From: an uncultured Gemmatimonadales bacterium | GTDB lineage: Bacteria > Gemmatimonadota > Gemmatimonadetes > Gemmatimonadales > GWC2-71-9 | DNA: 64,000 nucleotides | Reading direction: 5' to 3' | Assembly: GCA_963798915.1 (NCBI GenBank) | Contig: CAWCVB010000005.1 | Location: 377,291 to 441,290, forward strand | Shown here: one piece after another, positions 1 to 9,375 of the stretch | How the letters are laid out: every line of letters starts with the position of its first letter | How positions within the stretch are numbered: position 1 is the first letter of the stretch | Position numbers and translations under genes: made by a program | Notes under the pieces: model-generated | Database searches by the model: none | What the model saw: the letters and a program-made list of their open reading frames with translations, nothing else | Told to the model about the DNA's origin: nothing

Positions 1-405
1 TCGCTGCTCGCGCGGCACATCGGGTGCATGGCCCACGGCGCTCGGGCGTTCGGATGGCAGGTCCTGCCAGAGTGTGCCCCCGAGCGCGACATTGACCAAT
101 TGCATGCCCCGGCAGATGGCGAGCACGGGCAGTCCTCGAGATCGCGCCTCATGGAACAGGGCGAGCTCAAGCTGGTCCCGGTCGCGCGCCATGGCCGGAT
201 CAATGTCTTCGCCGCCGGTCAGCAGGAGTCCGGCCATGCCGTCCAGCAAGCGTGGCGCCAGCGCCAGCGGGCTGAGCGGCGAGGCGACCAGCGTGGGCAC
301 GCCCTGCATTGACAGCGCGCGCAGATAAGGCGCGTCGACGCCAGCGTGCGCTCGTGCCCCCCGCTGGTCTATGTCGCCCGTGACCAGCACGCGCCCGCCA
401 CTCAC
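1..405 (-). CDS. Gamma-glutamyl-gamma-aminobutyrate hydrolase-like class I glutamine amidotransferase (peptidase C26), 3' end outside window
   Basis: Not in ORF track; manual translation from GTG 405 gives LLLTGGEDIDP...LPVLAICRGMQLVNVALGGTLWQDL (nucleophile elbow ICRG). GTGA overlap with upstream gene stop. Confidence 0.85.
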   Translation of the reverse strand, partial: MSGGRVLVTGDIDQRGARAHAGVDAPYLRALSMQGVPTLVASPLSPLALAPRLLDGMAGLLLTGGEDIDPAMARDRDQLELALFHEARSRGLPVLAICRGMQLVNVALGGTLWQDLPSERPSAVGHAPDVPREQR

Positions 406-899
406 TTGCGGAGCGAATCCGGGAACGCGCCGCAGCTCGGATCTTCGTACACATCCGATCCGGCCTCGACGCCGATCAGCGGCGCGGTCATCTCGCCAAA
501 CGTGACGGTGCCCAGTTCGGGCGCGCCCTCGATGGGCGGACCCTTGTACAGCATGACGCCCTTGGCAGTACCGTCAGGATCGGTGACCAGGACCCCGAAG
601 CCGAGCACGAAATTGGCCGGCACGGCGCCCTCCACACCAACGAGAACTACCGAGTCAGCGGCCGCGGACCTGCCGATCACGCTGGAAAATGCCCCGCCCC
701 CGGCGATGCGAGCCGGCAGGCGCGGGGGCAGCCGCCGTGGGGCGCGGCCCAGCGTCCTCTGCGGGATGGTGAATTGATTGAGCAGTTGCGACGGCCCGAC
801 CATGGCGGCGATGCCACAATTGGCACGGCCCGACGTGCCGCTGCCCTTGCAGGCAAGCACCGCGAGCAGCAAGCAGAACATTGCATGAGATCTTGGCAT
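402..899 (-). CDS. Hypothetical lipoprotein
   Basis: Signal peptide with lipobox VLAC; GGAG upstream of ATG 899; stop overlaps start of downstream C26 gene. Confidence 0.7.
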   Translation of the reverse strand: MPRSHAMFCLLLAVLACKGSGTSGRANCGIAAMVGPSQLLNQFTIPQRTLGRAPRRLPPRLPARIAGGGAFSSVIGRSAAADSVVLVGVEGAVPANFVLGFGVLVTDPDGTAKGVMLYKGPPIEGAPELGTVTFGEMTAPLIGVEAGSDVYEDPSCGAFPDSLRK

Positions 900-973
900 T
901 CCAAAGCTCCAGCCGGGGCCTCGCTGAGTCGCTGATGGCAAAGATAACGTGCCTTTGGTCGCCGAGTGGTCGC

Positions 974-1002
974 TTGACGCCCCGGGTTGCCCCTCGTAAC
1001 GT
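974..1002 (+). promoter_or_regulatory. Putative sigma70 promoter for pspA-like gene
   Basis: TTGACG(974-979)-N17-TAACGT(997-1002). Confidence 0.55.
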
Positions 1003-1030
1003 TTGCCTTTCCCTTGAGAGCAGGCGCCCC

Positions 1031-1588
1031 GTGGCAGCATTTGACGGACTCAAAGCCCGTCTGGAACGACTCTTTGCGGAATCGGCGGGCGATCCCGCCG
1101 CCGGCCTGCGGGAGGCGCTGGTCGAAATGCGCGTGGGCCTTGGCGTCATGCGCGATGCGCTGCACCGGACTGAGCAGGAGCTGGCCGCCGAGCGGCGTCA
1201 GCTCGGTGATGCGGAGCGGCGACAGTCGCTGGCCGCCGACATCAACGATGCGGAAACGGTTCGAGTCGCGGAGCGCTTCGTCATTCGCCATCGGGAACGC
1301 TCGGCGGTGCTTGAGCGCAAGCTCTCGGTGCAGCGCGACGAGCTTGCGCTGGCCGAGCGCGAGGTCGAGGAACTCACGGCTCAGTATCGCTCGTCTTCCC
1401 TCGGGGCCGGGGAGGCGGCGGCGTCGATCAAGCGCGCCTGGCGCGATCTGGCGGCGGCCGGCGGTACCCGGCCCGAGATGGATCTGGACGCTGAACTGGA
1501 GAAGGCCGAGGCAGATCGGAAGCTGCATGAAGCTGCCGTAGAAGCACAGCTGGCACAGCTCAAACGCAAGCTCGGACGACAACCCTGA
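1031..1588 (+). CDS. PspA/IM30-like coiled-coil protein
   Basis: N-terminal amphipathic helix (AFDGLKARLERLF), long coiled coil, C-terminal VEAQLAQLKRKLG typical of PspA/Vipp1. Confidence 0.75.
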   Translation: MAAFDGLKARLERLFAESAGDPAAGLREALVEMRVGLGVMRDALHRTEQELAAERRQLGDAERRQSLAADINDAETVRVAERFVIRHRERSAVLERKLSVQRDELALAEREVEELTAQYRSSSLGAGEAAASIKRAWRDLAAAGGTRPEMDLDAELEKAEADRKLHEAAVEAQLAQLKRKLGRQP

Positions 1589-1614
1589 TCCTTCTCACGA
1601 CAGGAGCCCGCTCC

Positions 1615-3150
1615 TTGCCCTCCCATGCCCAAGCGGCCGAGACCGCGCTGGATCCAGCCGCCGACCGCGGCTTCTTTGGCCATCCCCGCGGCCTGGCAAC
1701 GCTCTTCTTCACCGAAATGTGGGAGCGGTTCAGCTATTACGGGATGCGAGCCATCCTGATGCTGTTCATGACGGCCGCGGTCGTCAACGGTGGTCTCGGA
1801 TTCGATGCCGCGACCGCGGGGCCGATCTACGGCCTGTACACCTCGATGGTGTACGTCGTGGCACTGCCAGGCGGGTGGTTTGCCGACCGGGTAATCGGCC
1901 AGCGGCACGCCGTGCTGATCGGTGGCATCGTCATCATGCTTGGCCATATCTCGCTGGCCATGGAAGGGCTTCCATTCTTCCTCCTGGGCCTCTTCCTGGT
2001 GATCTGTGGCACTGGACTGCTCAAGCCGAACATTTCGACCATGGTGGGCCAGCTCTACTCGGCAGATGATGCCCGCCGTGATTCCGGCTTTTCGCTCTTC
2101 TACATGGGCATCAACCTGGGCGGCTTCCTCGCGCCGCTTGCGTGCGGCTTCCTGGCCCAACATCCCCGCTTTCATATGCTGCTGGAATCGTGGGGCATGA
2201 ACCCCAACCGGTCCTGGCACTGGGGCTTCGGAGCGGCCGCGGTCGGGATGTTCTTCGGGATCCTGCAGTATGTGCTGGGTGCGCGGCACCTGCGCAGCGC
2301 GGGTCTCGCGCCCGGGGACCCGCTTGCGCGCAACCGACGCAATCTCGCCAAGATCGTGCTGGCCGCGCTGATCCTGGGGGGCGCCGCCATCCTGCTGCTG
2401 TCGGGCAGCAGCGCCATCGCTGCGATGCCCACCGTCAACAAGACCATGGCCGTGGTGCTGCTGGTTACCCCGATCGCGTTCTTCACCTGGTTGCTGACCG
2501 TCGGCAGCCGGAACCGCGACGAGCGGAAGCGACATCTTGTCATCTTCGTGCTCTTCCTGGGAGCATCCGTCTTCTGGTCGGCCTTCGAGCAGGCGGGCTC
2601 GACGCTCACACTGTTCGCCAAGGAAAGCACGAGGCATGCATTCCTTGGCATCACCTTTCCCGCGTCGTGGTTCCAGTCGGTCAACTCCCTCTGGATCATT
2701 CTGCTGGCACCGGTATTCGCATGGCTCTGGCTCCGGCTCGGCAGGCGCGAACCATCCACACCCACCAAGTTCGCCCTTGGGTTGTTCTTTCTGGCGGCCG
2801 GATTTGCCATCCTCATCCCGGCGGCGCGGTTCTCGGCCGGCGGAGGGTCGGTAAGTCCCGGCTGGCTGATCACCACCTACCTGCTGCATACCATCGGCGA
2901 GCTGTGCCTGAGCCCGGTCGGCCTGTCGGCCATGACCAAGCTTGCGCCGATACGCTATGCGGGCCTGATGCTGGGCGTATGGTTCCTGGCGGCGTCGGTC
3001 GGGAATTTCATTGGCGGCAACGTGGCCGGCCTGTACGATGCCTTCACCACGGACCAGATTTTCACGGCCGTGACGGTCTTTGTCCTCGGCGCATGTGCCC
3101 TGATGCTGGTATTCGTCCGGCCCATCAAGCGGATGCTGGCGAGGGAATGA
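1615..3150 (+). CDS. Proton-dependent oligopeptide transporter (POT/PTR family MFS)
   Basis: FFGHPRGL..FFTEMWERFSYYGM (ExxERFxYY) and FYMGINLG motifs; many TM helices. Confidence 0.95.
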   Translation: MPSHAQAAETALDPAADRGFFGHPRGLATLFFTEMWERFSYYGMRAILMLFMTAAVVNGGLGFDAATAGPIYGLYTSMVYVVALPGGWFADRVIGQRHAVLIGGIVIMLGHISLAMEGLPFFLLGLFLVICGTGLLKPNISTMVGQLYSADDARRDSGFSLFYMGINLGGFLAPLACGFLAQHPRFHMLLESWGMNPNRSWHWGFGAAAVGMFFGILQYVLGARHLRSAGLAPGDPLARNRRNLAKIVLAALILGGAAILLLSGSSAIAAMPTVNKTMAVVLLVTPIAFFTWLLTVGSRNRDERKRHLVIFVLFLGASVFWSAFEQAGSTLTLFAKESTRHAFLGITFPASWFQSVNSLWIILLAPVFAWLWLRLGRREPSTPTKFALGLFFLAAGFAILIPAARFSAGGGSVSPGWLITTYLLHTIGELCLSPVGLSAMTKLAPIRYAGLMLGVWFLAASVGNFIGGNVAGLYDAFTTDQIFTAVTVFVLGACALMLVFVRPIKRMLARE

Positions 3151-3160
3151 GGACGCTGGC

Positions 3161-4003
3161 GTGAGGCGGCTTCGGATCGCCGCCTGCATGGCCCTCGGAA
3201 GTGTCGCGTTGACGGCGTGCGACCGGCCGCCGGCCAGCCCGGCCTCCACCAGCCTGCCGGGTGTCGTCGCGCTGCGGGTGCCGCCTGACTCGGAGATTCC
3301 GGACGGGCCGATGGGGATTGCCATCCGGCGCGGCCGTGCCTTGCTGGATCACACGCGTGACAGCATGCCAGCATTTGTAGGCAACAGGCTGAACTGCACC
3401 AGCTGTCATCCCGCCAATGGCACTCAGGCCAACGCCATTCCCTGGGTGGGCGTGTATGCCCGCTTTCCGCAATACCGTGCGCGCAGTGCTGCCGTCCTCA
3501 CCATCGAAGAGAGAATTGCCGGCTGCTTCCGAAGATCCATGAACGGCACGGCGCCGCCAGCCGGGAACCGGGATGTCGCCGACATCGTCGCTTACTTTGC
3601 GTGGTTATCGCGGGGCGTGCCGCAAGGAGCCAAGGTGGAAGGACAGGGCCTGCCGCGGTTCGAACTGCTGCATGGCGATACGGCGGCCGGCCGCGCGCTC
3701 TACGCCGCCGAATGCGCCCGATGTCATAACGCCGATGGCTCGGGCAACGTGGGGCCGGCATTATGGGGAGACGGCAGTTACAACATTGGCGCCGGCATGG
3801 CGCGCATCCGCACCGCTGGCTCGTTCATCCGCCACAACATGCCGTTTGACAAGCCGGGGACGCTGTCAGACGCCCAAGCGGCCAATCTCGCCGCCTACAT
3901 CAATGCCCAGCCCCGTCCCGACCTGCCCGGAAAGGAAAACGACTGGCCCAACGGCGATGCACCACCGGATGCGGCCTATCCGACGCTGGCGTCCCCGCGG
4001 TAG
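3161..4003 (+). CDS. tsdA: Diheme c-type cytochrome, thiosulfate dehydrogenase TsdA-like lipoprotein
   Basis: Two heme motifs CTSCH and CARCH, RIAGCFRRSMNG (TsdA active-site Cys motif), lipobox LTAC. Confidence 0.75.
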   Translation: MRRLRIAACMALGSVALTACDRPPASPASTSLPGVVALRVPPDSEIPDGPMGIAIRRGRALLDHTRDSMPAFVGNRLNCTSCHPANGTQANAIPWVGVYARFPQYRARSAAVLTIEERIAGCFRRSMNGTAPPAGNRDVADIVAYFAWLSRGVPQGAKVEGQGLPRFELLHGDTAAGRALYAAECARCHNADGSGNVGPALWGDGSYNIGAGMARIRTAGSFIRHNMPFDKPGTLSDAQAANLAAYINAQPRPDLPGKENDWPNGDAPPDAAYPTLASPR

Positions 4004-4097
4004 GGCAGAGAGATGAGAGCTAAAAGCTGAAGGCAGTAGCTTCGCTCAGCCTTCAGCCTTCAGCCTTCAGCCTTCAGCCTTCAGCCTTCAGCCTTCA
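4004..4097. repeat. Heptamer tandem repeat forming an imperfect inverted array between convergent genes
   Basis: (TCAGCCT)x7+TCA at 4046-4097; degenerate complementary heptamers GGCAGAG AGATGAG AGCTAAA AGCTGAA GGCAGTA at 4004-4038. Confidence 0.9.
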
Positions 4098-6890
4098 AAA
4101 CACCAACTCCACACCCAGTCGCGCCAGCCGGGGGGTCCCGTAGGCAAAGAGCGGTTGGGTGTAGTCAATGGCGGCCGCCTGGTAGAGTGGCAGCAGTTCG
4201 GTCTGGCCCGCGATGAAGCCGTCATGGTTCAGGTCGGCGGCCGCGCGATATCGCTCCGACTCATACGGTATGGCTTCGGGGTGCTGCAGGTACGCATCCA
4301 TGGCCATCGACGAAAGGACGCTGGCAGGGGCGTCAGGCGTCCCGGTATCGCGTCGGACCGCGACGACATTGCGTCGGTTCAGCAGGTTCCGCACGTCCAG
4401 GTAGATGCCGCCACGCACCCCGGCCAGCGTGAGCGGCCGGCGCAGCAGCACGTCGAACGTGGTCGTGAACGGCAGCCGGGCGTCATTGGGAAGCCCGTTC
4501 ATCGTGTCGCTGCCGATCGGCCTGCTGGTGTATGGCAGGCCGGAGTTGATCCGGCTGATGAGCGCCGCTTCGAAACCGGCGAACGGCCGGATCCCCGCGA
4601 ATGAGGGCCCTGCGCTGTCGCGTACCTGCCCCTGCAGGATCATCGTCAGCGTGTGGCGCCGATCGAAGTCGAGCGGGAACTCGACCTTGGCAGGGAAGAT
4701 CGTGTCGTGCGTGAGGGTGTCGATCCGTATGGCGCGACGAAGCAGGAAGGCGCTGCTCGACGAAGCGGTCGCCTGCTGGAGTGTGTACGCGACTCGCACG
4801 CCGATCCCATGCTGCAGGTCGCGATCCAGGATCAGCTCCATGCCCTTGACCGTGCCGATATCCGTGTTGCCGAAAATCGACGAATCGGGGTCCTGGCCCA
4901 GCGGGACTGACGAAACCAGCCCTTCCAGCCGTTTGACGTAGATATTGGCCCGCACCGTAAGATTGTCGCGCGGACGGGCGCGCAAGCTCATTTCGTACTG
5001 CCACGAATCTTCAAAGCCGAGATTCGGGTTGCCCTGGCGGAACCGTCCGGTACGAGTCGTGTCGTCAAAGGCCGCGTCCACGAGGTACTGATAATCGGGT
5101 GGCTGGCTGAAGCGGCCAATGCTCGCCACGAACGTGGCATGGTGGAAAACAGTCGATACACCAATGCGGGGATTGACTCGCAGCTTCGCGCCGGCGTCGG
5201 TTCCGGGCAGGTCCACGCGCGTGTCAAAGCGATCCACGCGCAGTCCGGCGGTGAAGCCCAGCTCGGCCAGGCGGAATTGACCCTCCGCGTAGGCCGCGGC
5301 GGCCACTGGCGAAAATTCGGAGGCCGTTGCCGGTGGAACCGAGTCGCCCGTGGGCAGGTACCCGAGGATGCGCTGGAAGGTGCGCACGCGTTGCTGAACC
5401 AGCTCTCCGCCGGCGTAGATATCACCATGACTACCGGCGCTGAAGGTCAAGTCGAGCTGTGACCGGAGTTCCCGGAACTGGTTCCAGGCCAATTCGCCTC
5501 GGGAGCCCCCGGTAAGGAAGAACGCCGGAACGCCCCACGGAGTACCCGCCGCCAGGGTTGGCGCCTCGAGCCCCGGGATGGGAGCGGCCGCCGCGGTGGT
5601 GTCCTGCGCCCGCGCGATATCTTCGCCGACGACGTTGAAGCGTGAGCCAGTGAAGGCGCCGAACTGGTAGTCCGGACTGCTGTCGAGTGTGCCGCGCACG
5701 AAATCACGATTAAAGACCGAGAGGCGCAGGTCCGCCACGAACGGGTGCCGCGAGGTCGGTCCGCTGGCGTGCTGGAAATGGATGCTCCCCAGCGTGCCCG
5801 CCACGCGTCGCGCCGGACCACCGTCGGGGTCGTACTTGAAGACGGGATCGTAGAGCAGGCGCTGGTCGATCGACCGCAGTCCGAAGACCCGAATCGTTTC
5901 CGTGTGGCCAAGCGGAATCGTGAGCTTGCCGCCAAAGTTGTACTCTTCGCCTCCGTTGTGCGGCAGCATCCAGGGATTCCCCGCTCGGGGATCGAGCGCG
6001 TTCTCAGGCGGCGGCGCGTTGACCGGGTCGGCATCCAGCCGGGCGGAGAGATCCGCCGAGACGACCGCCCGAATGCCGCCCGCCACCGGCCCGTCTGCCT
6101 CGAAGACGGCCCGGTCGAGACCATAGTCCCAGCCATCGCCAAAGGGCCGATCGGTTTCATATGCCGTGCGTCCCGACCACTGCTCCCCACCGTCCTTGGT
6201 GACGATGTTGACGATGCCGGAGATGGCCTGCCCATAGCGGGCGGAGAAGCCATTGGTCACCAGGGATGCCTCGGTGAGCATGTCGGTCGGAAAACGGAGG
6301 CCGAGCGCGCCGGTGGAGGCGTCCAATTGGTTCTTGACGCCCAGCCCGTCGATCACAAACGCTTGCTGGCCCAGACGGCCGCCCCGGTAGCTTTCGCCGA
6401 CAGCACCCGCCGAAAGCGCCAGGGCATCTTCGAGTGTGCTGACTGGAAGCCGGCGGAGGTCGGCGCTCGAAATCACCTGCTCGGACTGGGTGGCGAGCGG
6501 ATCGAGAACCCGGTCGGAGGTCTCGACAATCAGGGGGGCGAGTTCGATGGCGCGGGGCCGCATCGTGACATTGGCGACGCTGGTGGCACCGGCGCGGACC
6601 ACGAGGCTGTCGCGGCGAAGGGGAGCATAGCCGAGGGCACGGACATTCAGCGTATAGCTGCCGGCCCGAACGGCGCGGATCCGGTAGGCACCCGCGGTGT
6701 CGGTCACACTTCCGCGACGTCCGTCGTCGATGGTCACGAGCGCCCCGCTGATGCCTGCGCCAGTGGCACTGTCGGTGATGATACCGCTGATGGCCCCGGC
6801 GGACTGGGCGGTTGCGCGAGTGGCGCTGAAGGTCAGCACGGCGCAGGCAAGCATCAGCGTCACGAGACGTGATTGGCTGCGGGCGCTCAT
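4095..6890 (-). CDS. TonB-dependent receptor with N-terminal carboxypeptidase-regulatory-like domain
   Basis: Signal peptide, GAISGIITDSATG..TDTAGAYRI domain, plug motif GFSARYGQAISGIVNIVTK, C-terminal beta signal ARLGVELVF. Confidence 0.9.
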   Translation of the reverse strand: MSARSQSRLVTLMLACAVLTFSATRATAQSAGAISGIITDSATGAGISGALVTIDDGRRGSVTDTAGAYRIRAVRAGSYTLNVRALGYAPLRRDSLVVRAGATSVANVTMRPRAIELAPLIVETSDRVLDPLATQSEQVISSADLRRLPVSTLEDALALSAGAVGESYRGGRLGQQAFVIDGLGVKNQLDASTGALGLRFPTDMLTEASLVTNGFSARYGQAISGIVNIVTKDGGEQWSGRTAYETDRPFGDGWDYGLDRAVFEADGPVAGGIRAVVSADLSARLDADPVNAPPPENALDPRAGNPWMLPHNGGEEYNFGGKLTIPLGHTETIRVFGLRSIDQRLLYDPVFKYDPDGGPARRVAGTLGSIHFQHASGPTSRHPFVADLRLSVFNRDFVRGTLDSSPDYQFGAFTGSRFNVVGEDIARAQDTTAAAAPIPGLEAPTLAAGTPWGVPAFFLTGGSRGELAWNQFRELRSQLDLTFSAGSHGDIYAGGELVQQRVRTFQRILGYLPTGDSVPPATASEFSPVAAAAYAEGQFRLAELGFTAGLRVDRFDTRVDLPGTDAGAKLRVNPRIGVSTVFHHATFVASIGRFSQPPDYQYLVDAAFDDTTRTGRFRQGNPNLGFEDSWQYEMSLRARPRDNLTVRANIYVKRLEGLVSSVPLGQDPDSSIFGNTDIGTVKGMELILDRDLQHGIGVRVAYTLQQATASSSSAFLLRRAIRIDTLTHDTIFPAKVEFPLDFDRRHTLTMILQGQVRDSAGPSFAGIRPFAGFEAALISRINSGLPYTSRPIGSDTMNGLPNDARLPFTTTFDVLLRRPLTLAGVRGGIYLDVRNLLNRRNVVAVRRDTGTPDAPASVLSSMAMDAYLQHPEAIPYESERYRAAADLNHDGFIAGQTELLPLYQAAAIDYTQPLFAYGTPRLARLGVELVF

Positions 6891-8026
6891 GGGACATCGA
6901 TCCGGTAAAGGTCAGCAACCGGAGAAACGACGGTGTCGGGGTAGCTTGGAGTGCCGTCCGGCGGCACTGTCGTGACGATCTCGTAGGGATAGCCTTCGGC
7001 CACAAGGGCCTTGCCATCCGGGCTCCAGCGCGGCCGCCGGAAGAAGAGGTTTGGGACCGGCATTGGCGTGATGAGGCCGGTTGTCGCGTCCACGATCTGC
7101 AGCTCACCGCCCTGATCAAATCCCTGCGCGGGGTCGCCGGCATCGTCAGTCACCTGCAGCAGCTTGCCGCCCGCGACGACGACGATGCGACCATTCGCCT
7201 GGTCAGCATCGCGCGGGATGCGCGTCGGGTCGAACGTCGCTATGACCGACTCGGCGCCCGAGCCGACGTCATGGCGCACCACACGCGGGTCACTGGCGAA
7301 CGTGAGCACTACCTGCCCTGAAGCGCCGGGCGTGGCCGAGGTCGCGAAGTCGGCACCCGGAAGCACCTGAGGCGCTCCCGAACCCGAGGCCGCCAGCAGG
7401 TAGGCGTCACGCCATCGGCGCACAACGAGCGGGTCGCAGGTGGGGCATGGTGACGAGACCGCATCGTCGGCCCCAAGGAATACCAGCGTGCCGGCGGACA
7501 TCCAGCGGAGCAGCCCGATGGCCACGACCTGGCCGTGCGGCCCGGGAAAGCGCGCGTTGGCGAGCACCACACCGTCGGGAATCGAGTCTAGCGGCCCGGC
7601 CACTACGCTGGTGAGACCGGATTGGTTGGCCGGATCGAGCCTGGCCCGGATAAAGGCCAGCCGGTCCGATCCCGGTTCTGGAGCCGCCTGGGTGAAGATG
7701 TCGAGCGTGTCAGCCTCGAGCGCGGACGCGCTGCAGATGCTGCGCACGCGGGTTCCACCCGAAGAAGGGAGAATTCCGAGGCAGATGTCGGGGCTGTGAT
7801 GATGGTTGCCGTGCTCGAGCGAAGCGTACGAGTAGAGGATCTCGGTGTCCGACAGCCAGGCTGGATCGGTGCCGCCGCCATAGGTCAGCCGGAGCGGATG
7901 GACGTTGGGCTCGAGCGGGCTGTCCGTGGCCGTATCAGGTGGGGCAAAGGGCTCGCTGTGGGAACAGGCAAGCTGCATGAGCGTGAGCAGTACCAGTGCT
8001 GGATGGAGCGGCTGCCATCTACGCAT
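6887..8026 (-). CDS. Lipoprotein with TolB/PD40-like beta-propeller repeats
   Basis: Lipobox QLAC; DPAWLSD and RPRWSPDGKAL repeats; ATGA overlap with the TonB receptor gene. Confidence 0.75.
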   Translation of the reverse strand: MRRWQPLHPALVLLTLMQLACSHSEPFAPPDTATDSPLEPNVHPLRLTYGGGTDPAWLSDTEILYSYASLEHGNHHHSPDICLGILPSSGGTRVRSICSASALEADTLDIFTQAAPEPGSDRLAFIRARLDPANQSGLTSVVAGPLDSIPDGVVLANARFPGPHGQVVAIGLLRWMSAGTLVFLGADDAVSSPCPTCDPLVVRRWRDAYLLAASGSGAPQVLPGADFATSATPGASGQVVLTFASDPRVVRHDVGSGAESVIATFDPTRIPRDADQANGRIVVVAGGKLLQVTDDAGDPAQGFDQGGELQIVDATTGLITPMPVPNLFFRRPRWSPDGKALVAEGYPYEIVTTVPPDGTPSYPDTVVSPVADLYRIDVP

Positions 8027-8276
8027 CTCTGGCCTCGGCTGGATTCGTCAGAGGGGACGCCTTGGCTGAAAGCCGGTGCACAGGGCACTCCTCTTCCGGT
8101 GGACCATCGGGAGACGGCAGTCCAGCCGGCCGTGCTGCCCGCTTCCGCAGCGGCGGTTCACGCCGTATATGTTCTGGATCAGCCCGGGCAGGACACTGCG
8201 CGGGCTCTCTATCAAACGTCCCGCTGCGAGAAAACGCAAGTCGCATCCGCCGGTTTCTTCCACTCCCGAGGCCACC

Positions 8277-8720
8277 ATGTTCAGGGATTTCAAGACGTTT
8301 ATCATGCGCGGCAATGTGCTCGACCTGGCTATCGGTATCATCATAGGCGGCGCATTCGGGACGATCGTGAAGTCCTTCGTGGACGACATCCTCATGCCGC
8401 CGATTGGCATGTTGCTGGGCAATGTGGACTTCACTGACCGCTTCATCCTGCTGAAGGAGGGGACCAGCGTGTTACCCCGCGGCGCGAGTCTGGAACAGGC
8501 CAAGGCCGCCGGGGCTGTCACCATCAATTACGGCTCGTTCATCAACGCCGTGGTCGCGTTCCTGATCATCGCGTTCTGCGTCTATCTTGTGGTGCGAGCC
8601 GCCAATCGGCTTGAGGGCCCCAAGGAGGCAACAGTGCCAACCACGAAGAACTGCCCCTTTTGCGCGACCGCTATTCCGCTGGCCGCCAAGAAATGTCCCA
8701 ACTGCACGTCGGCCCTGTGA
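8277..8720 (+). CDS. mscL: Large-conductance mechanosensitive channel MscL with C-terminal Zn-ribbon
   Basis: FKTFIMRGNVLDLAIGIIIGGAFGTIVKSFVDDILMPPIG, NYGSFINAVVAFLIIAF; tail CPFC...CPNC. Confidence 0.95.
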   Translation: MFRDFKTFIMRGNVLDLAIGIIIGGAFGTIVKSFVDDILMPPIGMLLGNVDFTDRFILLKEGTSVLPRGASLEQAKAAGAVTINYGSFINAVVAFLIIAFCVYLVVRAANRLEGPKEATVPTTKNCPFCATAIPLAAKKCPNCTSAL

Positions 8721-8728
8721 TCTCCGGC

Positions 8729-8763
8729 TTGACGAGGACGGGCCAATGCTTTACACTGTAAAG
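8729..8763 (+). promoter_or_regulatory. Sigma70 promoter overlapped by palindromic operator 1
   Basis: TTGACG(8729-8734)-N17-TACACT(8752-8757); palindrome CTTTACA-C-TGTAAAG (8749-8763) covers the -10. Confidence 0.75.
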
Positions 8764-8769
8764 TAGTTT

Positions 8770-9375
8770 ATGGCTTCGCCACCACGACGAGTGGACGCGC
8801 CGGCGGCGCTGCATGACCGGGCGATGGATAACCTGTCTTACATCCGATCTGCCATGGAGCGCGCCGGGACGTTCACGGCCGTGCCGGGGTGGGGCGGAGT
8901 GGCCATGGGGCTGTCGGCCCTCCTCGCGGCGGCGCTGGCCGCCGTCCAGCGGCAGGTGCATGGCTGGCTGGCAGTGTGGATGGCCGAGGCCGTGGTGGGG
9001 GCCGCCATCGGTGGCCTTGCCATGCGTCGGAAGGCGCGGCGCATCGGCTCTCCCATGCTGGGGCGACCCGGCCGCCGCTTCTTCTTGAGCTACGCTCCAC
9101 CTATTGTGGTGGGAGCGCTGCTGACGGTGGTATTGTACCGGGGGTCGCTGGCCGAAGCCCTTCCCGGCACCTGGCTCCTCTGCTACGGGACCGGGGTGGT
9201 GACCGGCGGCGCGTTTTCGGTGCGAGTGGTGCCGGTGATGGGACTGTGTTTCATGGGGCTGGGCGCGTTGGCCTTGGCGTTGCCGGCGTCAGCAGGCAAC
9301 TGGCTCCTCGCGGCGGGTTTCGGAGGGCTGCACGTGATTTTTGGGTTGGCAATTGCCCGGAGGTATGGTGGCTAG
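8770..9375 (+). CDS. Hypothetical multi-pass membrane protein
   Basis: About 6 hydrophobic segments; N-terminal DNLSYIRSAMER and C-terminal GFGGLHVIFG; overlaps the regulator gene. Confidence 0.8.
   Translation: MASPPRRVDAPAALHDRAMDNLSYIRSAMERAGTFTAVPGWGGVAMGLSALLAAALAAVQRQVHGWLAVWMAEAVVGAAIGGLAMRRKARRIGSPMLGRPGRRFFLSYAPPIVVGALLTVVLYRGSLAEALPGTWLLCYGTGVVTGGAFSVRVVPVMGLCFMGLGALALALPASAGNWLLAAGFGGLHVIFGLAIARRYGG

Noticed and set aside
1381..3324. 647-aa minus-strand ORF
   Set aside because: Antisense shadow of the POT transporter gene; no motifs; expected in high-GC DNA.
4046..4097. Possible CRISPR array
   Set aside because: 7-nt tandem units with no spacers and no cas genes.
8019..8246. 75-aa ORF, or a 20-aa uORF, upstream of the propeller lipoprotein
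   Set aside because: No recognisable features; lies in a divergent promoter region and cannot be supported.
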